A stretch of 63,300 bases of DNA, counting the filler, from Choristocarpus tenellus KU-1152 (taxonomy: Eukaryota; Protista; Phaeophyceae): assembly GCA_964200185.2 (NCBI GenBank). It is 13 parts of 13 records of this genome, joined end to end, with 100 filler letters (N's around TTAATTAATTAA, not from the genome) between each part and the next. Parts side by side here need not be neighbours in the genome. Positions count along the whole stretch, not along the records: positions 22,691 to 28,671 come from CAXNAD020009249.1; positions 28,772 to 33,348 come from CAXNAD020013939.1; positions 33,449 to 41,079 come from CAXNAD020005843.1; 10 more parts are not named here. The stretch is one strand, 5' to 3'. The notes beneath the pieces are model-generated. The model made no database searches and was not told where the DNA came from. It saw only the letters and a list, made by a program, of their open reading frames with translations. How positions within the stretch are numbered: the stretch's first letter is position 1; each line of letters begins with the position of its first letter. The position numbers were made by a program, and so were the translations under genes. Positions 24,830 through 37,700 of the stretch are shown in pieces.

Positions 24830-27800
24830 CATCATCTTGTCGAAACTTAGGAAATGGTGTCCGTCTTCCATCTTCCACCAACCCCGTAGCCTGGGGAACG
24901 TTTCTGTCAGAATGTGCCACAAGTTATGAGGCGACTAATATCGGTCGCTCCACCCGAGTCGGACTGCAACGTCAAGGAAATCGAGGACTGACTTCGACAC
25001 CGGAAGAGATCGATCCAGCACCGCATGGTCGAGAGCGGTTCTGTGCGCGGCGAAATCTCCTGCGACGTGGAGAAGTCATCTTCGGCGGTGGAAGTTGTTC
25101 ACCATCCTACCGTCTGAGAGGACTGTAGGAGCAGGTCTGGACGTCTTATTGCGATCTTCAAAGGAAGAGTTACCACCTTGTTTTGTCGAAGACTGGAGGC
25201 CTTTTTTATCCTTTCTCTTCCCTTTGGAAGGGACACCACGCCCCACCCCAACATCAGCAACAACCTCTTCTCCCTCTCCTGACCCATCAATGCTGATGGG
25301 GTGGTCCTTCGTGAATTTGTCCAGGCGATGAAAAGGTTGAATATCAGAGGCAGCCCTCAGAGCTCCGTTCAGATCCTCGGGGTGCTGATTGCAACCGAGG
25401 CTGAACGTCATGGTGAAAGTGGCCGGAGGGCTCGCTGTGTAGTTTAGCGAGCCATTCTTGTAGAATGTGATCCACCTTTTTGATGTCCTCCTCTTCATCG
25501 ACCGCCTTCGAAATACCTCCAGCCCCCGCAACAAGAACCGTTAACTCACCAGCAGCTTGGAGAGGCCGGATGCAGGGGTATGCAAAAGAATTGTCAAGAC
25601 AGCATCAGAAGAAGCATTGGAATGGGGTATATAGAGTTAGAAGGAATGTGGTAAGACTTTGGGCATGTGGGTCAACATGACCAATCTCGTAGGCTTACAG
25701 AACAATTTTACTACCCCAAAGTAAAAGGATAGGATCGGAAGTTGTTGTGAGGTGTGCAGCAGCTTACCTTGGCGTGTCTTTCGTTTTAATTGTGTTGGGC
25801 TTAGGGTGTACATGACCACAGCACCAAGCACGATACACGATTTTAAAGTCATGTGCGCATAAGACCTGCTTCATAACATTTGCGTTTAACCTCTCCCGGT
25901 TGATGTTACAACAAAGCCACGAAAAAGTGCTTCCAAGATATACAAGTTCCCCCAAACGGTGCCCTTTAAAATACTTTTCGGTAACCTAAATTTAGATGCA
26001 ACAAAGAAGTCATATCCGTGCAAACCGCGAAAGTACGGATTTTTTAAAAAAGTACAAAATTTATTGGCCCGCTGGATCAAGTTGAGTTCACAAATCGTTA
26101 CTGTCCATACCCTCCTTGTCAACATCCGTTCCCCTCATTATTACCACTTACAGTGAACAAAATCCAAGGCCATGTATTTTCAATCCTTAAATTTTCCGTT
26201 TGTCAGATTGCTTGTGATTTTGGTAGAGAAGGTGAAAAATCTACGATCAACTTTATTTTCGGTCTCTATGTTTAATGGTGTACTTACTTTGAGGTGATAA
26301 TATTTGTGAGTCTAATGTTTTTTTATCTTCAAGACTTACGATGAACTTACTCGAAGGAGAAAAAATTGTTTATCCTTTTACCATCCGAGTTGTTCATCCT
26401 GCTACCATCTGATCTGTGAGCAATGCGATTAATACATTCCAAGACGAAGAAGTTCGAAATCTTCACTTCTCAGGTCTTCTACGCTGATGGTTAGTTTGAT
26501 CAAATTTATGGGCGTGATGAAGTAAAGGTGGTACTCACCCAAGCGTCCAACGACCCCTGTTTCCCATTGGGTGGCACATGGAACAGGGAGAGTGTGTCCT
26601 GTTGCAGTCTAGACCCAGCTTCCTGTGCAAAGACGTTTGCGGCCATGTCGACCGCAAGCGATCTTCAGGCATGTCGTCTCTCGACATCCGAAACCTCTCC
26701 TGCCCCACCAGAGCATCCCGGCACATGAGACGGAAGTATTCTTCTTTTATGGTTGAATGAAGCTGTCGATGGTTGGACAGGACAAAAGGGTTTGAGGTCT
26801 TAGTAAGACGAGGCAAGATGAGTTTGTCATGATATTGCGAGCGTGCCGGTCTATATGGGTCATAAGAGCTGCCACAAGTTGAGCATTGACAAGAAAGGTT
26901 ACCCCTGAGTTCAATGCAAGCTATTGTGGAGGTAGATGGAAAACGAGCTAAAGGTTGGAAATGCGCTCACCTTCATCTTGGTCTGGTTGTCGAAGGCCAT
27001 CCTATGTTTCAAAAGGTCAAAGGCTGTGTTGGGATTGACCGCCCAGAGGGGTGTGAAGTAGTGGACGCTGCGGTGGTCAAATGAAGACTGCGGGGAGATG
27101 ATTAAAAGGACAATGAGTGAATACGGGTCCAGCTCAAAAAATAAGGAAAGGGACAGAGTGACACAACAATACAGGAATAAAGTTTTGGTCTCCGAGAATT
27201 ACGTTTTGTATAATAAGAAATTGGGTACGGGTCAGTGAAGCAGGGTTAGGGAGGGAGCAGACCCAAGCATCATTCTCACCCTCGCTTGCGCAGTTGTAAA
27301 CGCATGTTGCCACAGCGTTAAGGAATTCCGTCCGGTCCTGCTTTCGTTTGATGCAAATCTTTCGTCGTCCTTTCCCACGCCTCATCGAGGAAAGTCTCAA
27401 TTTTTGCCGCCACAGTTTTCTTCACTCTCATTGCAAAGTCCCCACTTTCTTTAATGGTGACATAGTTCCACCAACCGTCGACGTCTCTGCCCCTCATCAG
27501 ATTTGTCATTGTCCCTCTCGATACAGGGGTGGGCCTTGTCCAGTCCATAACCTGCTTCGAGGTATTCAATCATGGACCTTACCCAGGTGACCATCCTCTC
27601 GAAGATGTCAGCCCCGCCGGGTAAGTTTCCTTGGCTTGCCACCACACCCTCTCTGATCGAAAATAGCTTCGCCGTTTCCTTGTTGTTGTTAGGATACATT
27701 TTTCAAGCATATCTGGTGTTGTGGTCGCTCACCAGAGACATGAGTACGCTGTTGGCCAAATCCTGCATCACTAGCTTGTTCACCTTCCCCAACTTCGACA

Positions 27801-28671
27801 CCTTGTTGTTGGCTCGTCTTGAAAGGGCCCTCAACATCATGGCACGGTGCTGGCCATTGAGACAGAACAAAAGATTGTCGTCCTTGTCGGCATCTTTACG
27901 TCCACCATCAATATTGTGGGTTAAGGATCCGTTGGAGATGTACTTGCCGAGCATGTGGTCGGTGGTGCAGTTCTCGGTAGCCCCACCTGCCCGCATGGAC
28001 TTCTTGAAGTCTTCGTGATTTTCCCATTTCGAGCAGAAGGAGAATTCTTTGTCTCATACAACAAAACATAATCACTAATCTTTTCCTCCCTTGCCCTCCT
28101 TCCCAACGTCCGCACCCCTTTTACGACTCTCCAGTTCTAACGCCGCACAAGTGAACGAGGGAGTGAGGAAGGTTCACATAACTACCTTGCATATCACCTT
28201 CCAGCAATTGATGATGCTTGTCAACTCAGGCCGATTGGTCCACAACTACAACGCAAACCTTCTGGATATGTAGAGGGTGAGTGCCATGATCGAGAAGGTT
28301 GTAAAGGACGGGAAGGATGCGGCCAAAATGCTATGCAGCATATTAGGCAGCCAGCAATTCTCCTAATTCTCTGCTCGGAGTGGACTGCCTAATATGCTGC
28401 ATAGCATTTTGGCCGCATCCTTCCCGTCCTTTACAACCTTCTCGATCATGGCACTCACCCTCTCCATATCCAGAAGGTTTGCTCGGAGTGGACTGCCTAA
28501 TATGCTGCATAGCATTTTGGCCGCATCCTTCCGGTCCTTTACAACCTTCTCGGTCATGGCGCTCACCCTCTCCATATCCAGAAGGTTTGCGTTGTAGTTG
28601 TGGACCAATCGGCCTGAGTTGACAAGCATCATCAATTGCTGGAAGGTGATATGCAAGGTAGTTATGTGAAC
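24830..28671 (-). pseudogene. Spliced, disrupted gene with ParB/DGQHR-like motif (LNGQHR), with local inversion and duplication
   Basis: Coding-like minus-strand segments at 27290-28046, ~26970-27088 (gtgagc donor), 26535-26816 and 24830-25570, with stops and frameshifts. The motif LFCLNGQHRAMML lies at ~27835-27873. Confidence 0.45.
28170..28671. repeat. Fold-back inverted repeat plus ~110-bp tandem duplication at contig end
   Basis: 28172-28350 is the reverse complement of ~28493-28671, and 28372-28480 is repeated at 28481-28589. Confidence 0.85.
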
Positions 28672-29619
28672 NNNNNNNNNNNNNNNNNNNNNNNNNNNNN
28701 NNNNNNNNNNNNNNNTTAATTAATTAANNNNNNNNNNNNNNNNNNNNNNNNNNNNNNNNNNNNNNNNNNNNTGGTAGCTTCTTCTTCTACTTGGCGACGA
28801 TAGCAATAAAAAATAAACAAATTAATAATGTGGGGAAATAACACTTCTTCTCAGTCAGCCATCCATAATGATAATGAGACGCCGCCCCGGAAAAATTACT
28901 TTGAAGTACTATTATTTTCTACCACCTCCACCGTCGACAGTCAAACGACTCCACCGACCGCAGTAATTATTCAAGCAAGCAATCCAACGCAGGCCATACA
29001 TGTACACGACAATCAAACGAAATCGTTGCCGCCCCCCACACACTGTCCTACTACCACCTTCGTCGGCATGGATTCCCATTCATAGCGGGGCCCTCCAAAA
29101 GTGCCGCAACATTTACAAAAAGAAACATATGTGCACTTTCCGCACACCAATCCGCGTCTCGCTCATCCTCAATAAAAAGCTCCATCCTCGATTTTGATGA
29201 TCGGCTGTTTTGTGCGCTTAGAGCACTGGCCAACACAGATGAGATGTGATGTGATGAGTCTATTGTTAATACTGCATACCTCGGAACGTGCGCGATTTTG
29301 TCGATTTATATTGTGTACTTCCCACGTTCAAGAAATTAAAAACCGATGCTAGTGGAAAGCTGCAGGGATACACCGCCATTATCATTCCTAAGCGGTGGCT
29401 TCAAGCAAGGTCGTATACTCACAAGTCGTGAATTCGGGAACCAGTACAATAATCGGAGGGAAAAATGAAATATCCAAGGTTATTACTACTGTGGAGTACA
29501 GCATACGTGCAGTTGTGTGCAGGGGGAACCTGAGGGTCAAGGCGGCAAAAATAAATGCAGTCAAGAAGGGCAGGGACAAGGTGATACTATCATTGCTGTT
29601 TTTTTATCAAAATAATAAT

Positions 29620-29876
29620 GAGCTAAGCCAATTAAGATGCCGTCAGGTTTTGATCCTTTGCATTACAGGCCACCTTACTTACCCTGTGCAGTACACTTTA
29701 TTTCATTGCTTTGTGTGCGCAATAGTGTACGCAAAATTGATGTTCCCCTTTCCCCACACAAAGTAACACCAGAATTCAGCAAATTCTCATTCTACGGTTG
29801 TGCGAAATGGAGTATTTTTGACCTTCCTTGCGATCCTTAAAATGCAACCCTGCCTACCTATCGGTTGACTTGACTC
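29620..29876 (-). mobile_element. MITE family B copy
   Basis: GAGCTAAGCCAATT...GTTGACTTGACTC termini. The body matches 4679-4937. Confidence 0.75.
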
Positions 29877-30850
29877 AATAATAATATATACTGTGATTCT
29901 TGTATGATGTGAGCTCCTATGCTTATCGTAAATATGTGCATCAAAAGTTACAACTGGTTGTGCCTGCTCCACCCTCTCTTCTCTTCCCGGCGTCAACTAT
30001 CTCTTTTTTTTATTTCAATATGGTGTGTATTATTCTTACTCGGTCACGATTTTCTATGCAACGGTCATTACTCTCTACCAGATGGTAGCCACTACATACA
30101 ACAAATAGTCATGGTATGAAAGTGGTCAAGTTCTGTGGGGGGGGGATGATGAGAATCATCAGAGAGGTGACTCATGAAGGAATTGAACAAGTAGCATGCT
30201 TGAGGCAGGTTGAGCAAGGGCTGCGACCCTGAAAGTGTAGGATGTTCCTCGATCTCCCACCCATGATTGGATGCAACCAGTAAGAATATAACACAATAAT
30301 CCCCAGGATTTACCAGTGACCGTATCATCTCCAGATCACCACGAACCGATCGTGCAGCTGACCCACACCTCAACTCAGATGCCACAAAGGAAAAAGTCTT
30401 TGCGCGCAGCACACACAGACGTGGTTGAGCGCAATCTGCCACATCTAAATCCAGGAGATCCCAAATGGAACTTACATCCTACTTTGAAGTATATGGCACT
30501 GTAACACTATGACCACTCCTGTGCAATAAACAGTGTTTTTTGCTTGGTGTTCGTATCGGTGTATTTCGGAACCCTCATATTATTAAATCTGAATGTACTA
30601 ATTGTCGGCAACTATTTTTTTCTAGTATGTAGTATTTATCATAGTTGAAATTCTTCCTCGCTATGTAGCGGGTGTATCGAAAGTAGGTGTGGTGATATTG
30701 CGAATTAATATTTTGCTGCTGGTCAATGTTATCTTACGAATGTATGTGTTATTGTACAATACGAATTTCAGGAATTTTTTACACACTCCACATCTTGTAA
30801 TCAATAGTTTATAATCTATGAGATACACAACATAGTGTGGATTGGTAAAT

Positions 30851-30923
30851 GCCCTCGTGGCCCAATGGATAAGGCGTACGCCTACGAAGCGTAAGATTGC
30901 GGGTTCGATCCCCGCCGAGGGTT
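30851..30923 (+). tRNA. trnR-ACG: tRNA-Arg (anticodon ACG)
   Basis: Full cloverleaf: GCCCTCG/CGAGGGT acceptor, TACGC/GCGTA anticodon stem with CTACGAA loop, and GCGGG-TTCGATC-CCCGC T arm. A TTTT Pol III terminator follows at 30932-30935. Confidence 0.95.
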
Positions 30924-31229
30924 GTAGACCGTTTTAAACCCTCACGTTCGTACAAATGATTGGTATGAATGTAATGATCTGAAGTTAACGTGGTAAGCAA
31001 TGGTAAATGGTCGAATTTTTCACCAGATAGATGTTGGTTGTCACGGAGAAAGAAGCAGTAATAAGGTATGGTATGCTTGGAATAGTGTTCAAAAAGACAA
31101 CACAAAACGAGAGTAGAAAAAAGAAAGAATAGTGTCTCATAAAAAGAAGAGAAACTGAAATGTAACAATGTAGAAAACTTCAATAACAAAAGGTGAGTAC
31201 GAATATTTATGAAGAATGCAAAAAAATAT

Positions 31230-31495
31230 GAGTCAAACTCAGAGATAGGCAGGATGCATTTTAAGGATCTCGAGAAAGGGCAAAAGAATGTAATGTTATA
31301 CAATTGCATAAAAATCTTTTGCTGGGTCGTGCTGCGACTTTGTGTGTGGAAAGAAGGGGGAATATCAACTTTGCGTATACTACTGTTGTGCACATATTAT
31401 AGCAATCGGAATTGAGAGAATTGCACAGGGTAAGAAAGGTTGCCTAAAGTGCCAAAAAGGGTCTAAACGTGCCTACCTCTCAATTGGTGTGGTTC
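31230..31495 (+). mobile_element. MITE family B copy
   Basis: GAGTCAAAC...CAATTGGTGTGGTTC. The body matches 3367-3624. Confidence 0.75.
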
Positions 31496-33174
31496 TTTTA
31501 CCAACATGAACGACAAGAGTGGAAAGCTCCAGTAGTCAAGGCCAACAAAATATAATATACACAAATAATATCAGATTTTGCATCAAGGACCACGCGATGT
31601 TTCCAATGTGGGATATAATCCTGTCATAGTCGCACATCAGAAAAAATCTGGTCAAGTCTCGCACACCCTCCACCAACACATAGATACCACCATCAATACC
31701 AAGTAGGGTATCCTAGGTCAGACCCCATTTCCAACCCAAAGCTCTGCAGGCAATGTCACACGTGTATCCGGCGTACTTGATTACTGTGGTCACTTTCATG
31801 TGACAACTTGTGGCTGCTTCGGCGTATTTTGGTTAACAGGGGTGCCCATTATGCAATTTGCTCCACACCCAAATTTTGTACATGTGAACTATGTATAGAA
31901 ATGTCCCATTACTTTCATAACGAAATTAATAGATACACCCGTAGAAAGTATATTTCTTATAAGAGCGAAACCAACAACGCCACTAAAAACCAAAGCAACA
32001 GTCACAAGCTTCAAAGTTCTGCATTGCTTCCTTGCACCACACTTCCATTCTGATATGGTGACCCATCCATTGCTCATTTCATCAACCCTCTCAATCCTTT
32101 TGCGTGCAAAGCGATGTTGCCAGCCAGGCACAAGAGGGACGAAGAGAGAAAAATTGCACACTATACTGCAGCACTGTACCGCTCTAGGCTTTTTGTTTAC
32201 TTGCATTACCTAGAAAATATCCGGGACGATCAGATCGTGCAAACTTGCCCTTCCATTGACTCCAGGGCTTCGTCCGACTGTGGGGTGGTATAGTGGATAG
32301 TGCCTCTATACAGAACACCACATCATTCGCCACAGAACAAAACTAGGAGGAAGGAGATTACAATCTTCCAGTGTGTGTACGTTGACGATGATCCTTCCTC
32401 GCTTTCCATCTGATGCCCTGGTACTTCACCATTCACAGTTGGTTGGGAGGGCAACAGAGCACCTCTCTGACTGTAACCCCTACTCCCTATCACGCCATCC
32501 AGGCGGATCGATAAAGATACACGACTGTACGCAGTATTTTAATAGTATCAAATAAATATTATTTCGTGCATGCCAACCAAGGTTGTGGTCACTACTGCGA
32601 CTACGAGACGATGTTCATGGCGGAAGTTATTTACCACACACATAGACACGTAGACCATGGGAGTTAGGAAAATAAATACCGAAGGAAAGTCAAAACGTCG
32701 CAAAAACGTCGGGAAAGGGCCCACAAAAACAATACATCCACAGAAGAGGAGAAAACACATCAATGTGCTTGTTAAAGACTAAAAAAAAATCTTGTTCTGA
32801 GAACATGCTTCGCTGAATACTGCATCTGTTCACTTTTTCAGAAGAACATCTCTGTAAGGATACCTCTTTATTAACTCCACCCACTGTCCACTGAGGGTTA
32901 ACATTGCCCGAGACGTAAGTTGGACGAAAAGATTAGTAATGGGTCGACCTGCACAATATTTTGTGCTCTACTTCACAATAGGATAATAATAACACCTTTT
33001 TTAGCTTGCCCTGCTTAGAATAAATGAGGAGTTCTTTGACAGTACATTATATTTCCTCACCTTGTTGGCATCCTTTTTGAAGACAAAAGTTAACACACGA
33101 AAACGTAGTAGGCACGGGAGGGCAGGGGCTTATAGGATATATAGTCAGCTGTGTATCAATGCAGTGGCCTAACA

Positions 33175-33348
33175 ACTCAAAGTATCTTGGGGGGGGGGGT
33201 TACACCAGGGTGTTCATTGGGACCAAAATCAGGAAAAGTGCATTTACATTATCCATCCGACGTATGCAACTAAATCACCCCAAAATAAAGACATGAAACA
33301 ATTGACCCCAAATGAACAGCCGCCACCCCCCCCCCAATGCTTTGAAGC
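33175..33348 (-). mobile_element. MITE family C copy
   Basis: CTCAAAGTATCTTGGGG at the left and CCCCAATGCTTTGAAGC at the right. The body is the reverse complement of 7776-7953. Confidence 0.75.
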
Positions 33349-34584
33349 NNNNNNNNNNNNNNNNNNNNNNNNNNNNNNNNNNNNNNNNNNNNTTAATTAA
33401 TTAANNNNNNNNNNNNNNNNNNNNNNNNNNNNNNNNNNNNNNNNNNNNCACCCCCCCCCCCAAGATACTTTGACCCAGTTTTGAGAAAGGAAACATCCTC
33501 CATAGCTGTTTGTCTAAGAACACTACACAACTGACTCAACATTTGCTACTCTCCCTTCTTTGGGTTGACTTTGAATTATTTACATGACCCTAACCCTAAC
33601 CCTAATCCTGACCACGACCCTAACCCCTAACCCTTCAAACAGATGCTGAACAGAGGAACCATAACTAATGAAACCGACAAAGCTTGATACTTGCTGCATA
33701 TTGGTTAACCATACAACATATTGGTTAACCATAGAACAACTCATCTACCCTGAAATACAGCAATCCCCTTGGTTCAATCTAGAATGCAGTGGTGTCTAGA
33801 TGATACCTGTATAAACAACCTGTTCTTTTCATATGATCAGAGTGCAACCATTAGAAATTTAACTTTCCCACCTACAAAAGCCAAGAGATCTTTCAAAATC
33901 TACAAAAGCAGAGAGATCTTTCAAAATCTCAGAAAAAAAAGTTACGTTCCAGTGGCTAAGTAGCCCATTAGCCTTCTGCACCTTTACACCCAAAAAGAGA
34001 AATGCAGTAGATAAGCAAAAAAACTGATACTGTGGGGGAGAAGTGTACTGAGTTTGAAGTACTCTTGTCATACTTTTCATACTTGTCATGACTGTCATAC
34101 TTGTCAGAGACAATTCTTTTACCACTCGAGATTTTTCAAACATTCAAACACAAATAGGAAATACCCTAACCCTAAATACAACCAACCAATAAAAACACAA
34201 AGAGGTAAATACCCTAACCCTGAATACAAATTACACAATCAAACACAAAGCAGCGGCAGGTGCTCTCTTCCACAGCCTTCTAACTAGAACCCTAACCCTA
34301 TCCCCACCATACAAAAAAAAGCTGGAAGTGCAAATAATTTTCAAACCAATGGAATGGTGACGTCATGGGACTACCAATGTCATAGGAAACTCAGAACCAC
34401 CAAGCAACTTTAAATTGCATCAAATTACATCAATGCTAAAACAGTCATTTACTACAACCATATACTTGCCAAAATAAATCAAAATAAACCAATAGGACAA
34501 ACTGACAACCCTAACTCTATTACTACCACCAATAATAATAGCCCCATTGGCATCACTCCAACTTACTACAATAAGAACCAATAC

Positions 34585-34710
34585 TAACCCTAACCCAACC
34601 CCCAACCCAAAGCAACAGGGACCTTGACCACAACCCTAACCCTAACCCTAACCCTAACCCTACCTCATTACACCACCTCTACAGAGTAACCCTAACCCTA
34701 ACTCTAACAC
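34585..34710. repeat. Interstitial telomere-like (CCCTAA)n tracts
   Basis: (CCCTAA)x4-5 at 34634-34662, with many shorter tracts across 33588-40910. Confidence 0.85.
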
Positions 34711-34748
34711 TATCTGATAATGCCTTTCACCTTTGACCCTCCACTTAC

Positions 34749-37700
34749 CTCTTCAGCCTCAGACGCCTCCCTTGCCTGAGCATCTCTAGCTGTACGCCAC
34801 CTCAACACCTCTGCAGCATGCTCACTCTGCATGGCCAACAGCTGTGCAGTAGTGGCAGTTCTCTCTCGACGCTCCTCCTCTTCTTTAATCTCAGCCCTCA
34901 CTCTCATCTGCTTCTCCACTGCAACAGCCTCACTTGCCTGACCAACAAACATACGAATGTAGTACATACACATATAAACATATATGTACAAATATACATA
35001 CACATACACATACACATATAAACATATATGTACAAATATACATACACTTATACATACACATATAAACATATATGTACAAATATACATACACTTATACATA
35101 CACATATAAACATATATGTACAAATATACATACACATATACATACACATATAAACATATATGTACAAATATACATACACTTATACATACACATATAAACA
35201 TATATGTTCAAATATACATACACTTATACATACACATATAAACATATATGTACAAATATACATACACTTATACATACACCTATGTACACACCTCTGTTGG
35301 TGTAAAAGATGATAGAGATGTGGATGGATACAACGATAAAAAAAATCAAACGTACAGCACAGGAATGATACCGATTATTGATTTTTTTTGTGATTATTTT
35401 TTGTGATTATTTTTTGTGATTGTTGATTGCGATTATTCAATGTTGCAGGTTTTAATCCTGGCTGAGACGTGTCATTTTCTTGACTCCTAATAATATCATC
35501 ATTCATCCCTAACCCTAATAATATCACCATTTATCATAGAGAGGAAGAAGGAGAGTGTTGGATGGGAATTGACAGGAACTTCCAAGATAAAGATTAACAC
35601 TTGAAGAGTAACTAGTAGTATGGCCCATATATAATGGTAGGTATCCATAGATAATGGTTGCTAGTGCCCCAGCCTCCATTTTTTCAAGATATTCACATAC
35701 CACTATATATAGTTTCAATTATAGCATACCCTCTCCATAACACAATGGCATACCGATTTTTACAAAGATTGTAGTCATGATGACAATGGCAGGTTAGGGT
35801 TAGGGTTAGGGATAGGGAGGGGGAAGAGTCACCACAGAGTACATTCAATGGAATTAGGGCTAGGGTTAGGGTTAGTCTGTGGCAGAATAAACCCCAGACA
35901 GCAATGAATAGGTTGCTGACCTGAAAGGTTGGTAATATTTGTGAGTATTCTGTTCTCAGCACACAAATATTACCAAAGCCGACACGCACACGCACACACA
36001 CACACACATTAGTTGTACACACACACACATACCAGTCAATGGTAAGGTAGGCAGGTTACATCAACCAGCACAACCATGCTAATTACCCTCCAAGCACAAC
36101 TTGTCAACTTCACTCACAATTATCTACCCTAACCCTAACCCAGTTGCAACTTCTTCTCTTCTCTCCTGCCCCTTCCCCTGCCCCATCTCTAACATTCTCC
36201 TACACCCTCGAATTTGCCTCCTTTCAATCCCTTTCCATCCCATTCCATCCCCTCCCTCCCTCTGTAAGTATCCCCTCTATCTCTTGCCTCCCCTAACCCT
36301 AACCCTAATCTAACCCTAAATCAAGTACAACATAACGGCATAGTAGTTCTCACTACTAATAACATACACTAGAGCAAAATAAAATAAACTTGCAATGGTA
36401 TAACCCTAACCCTTTTTAACCGCACCTGCTGCGCCTTCATCCTAGCCTCTACCAACTCCCCCCTCCCATTTGATGCCTCCTCTCTCACAAAAGACAGTTG
36501 CTCCTTGAGAAGGCTGACCTCTGCTGTCAGTGATGCCATATTCGCATTACGGGTGGCAATTTCCCCCGCCATACCCGCCTGCACAATATATACAACACCA
36601 GAGAGGTCAACAAGAAGACACCACAACAGAACAAGAACCATTTTTTCAATAGAAGGTCAAATCAATAACAATCTGTCACTAGTCCTTGCCACTAGTACTT
36701 GTCACTAGCATGGGAGGATACGAAGATCCTAACGATATGCCACCCAGTACAAGTACTCGGTGTGATGAATCTAGTACTAGTTCAAGGTCCAAAGTCCAGT
36801 TCTATCTCTAGTCCAAGGTCCAAAGTCCAGTTCTATCTCTAGTTCAAGGTCCAAAGTCCAGTTCGATCTCTACTCCAAGTCCCTCTCTCTCTTGTTCCCT
36901 CCCAGTCTACAATAATCTACATTACTCCCTTGCCTTCTCAGACTCAAGAGCTGATACACGGTCATCAAGGGTCCTCTTGTCCTTCCTCAGTTCACTCTCC
37001 CTAAGATCTGCATGGCGCTGGGAGTCACCAAAGCTCAAGAACTGCATGCTCATCTAAAGAAGATATCATTTGACAATACAATTTCCAGGGTGTTGGGCAA
37101 GGGTAACAGGCGTTGTACAAGGGTAACACTGAGAGACAGAAACAAGAACAAGGCAACAATAACAACGATACAATGGAATGAGGACAATAGAATAGAAGCA
37201 TAGGGTACATTTGTACCATCCCCCATGCCCCACCCCCCATCTCTTCATATGGTTCATTGTTGATTTGATTGTGTACATTAGTGTTACAATAGTGTGTACA
37301 ATGGCGAATACATTAGTGTGTACATTAGTGCTACAATAGTGTGTACAATGGCGAATACATTAGTGTGTACATTAGTGCTACAATAGTGTGTACAATGGCG
37401 AATACATTAGTGTGTACATTAGTGTTACAATAGTGTGTACAATGGCGAATACATTAGTGTGTACAATAGTGTTACAATAGTGTGTACAATAGTGGGCTAT
37501 CAACAAATGCACACTGTATGCTGTAAAAAAAAATAAAGAGGACTCATGACCAAATTGAAGGAGCACAATTGCATAGTTCACAGGGATGAGCCACAAGAAG
37601 TACTCCTCACCTCCCTGCTCTTAGCCTCTAGAGCTTCCTGCAAAGACTGTTTCTCATCCCTCAGCCGTTCCACCTCAGACAAGGTACGACCAATTGCTCC

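Noticed and set aside
34938-35201. Hydrophobic Y/V/I/C-rich N-terminus of ORF 34710-35201
   Set aside because: Translation of an intronic minisatellite. Only 34749-34937 is exon.
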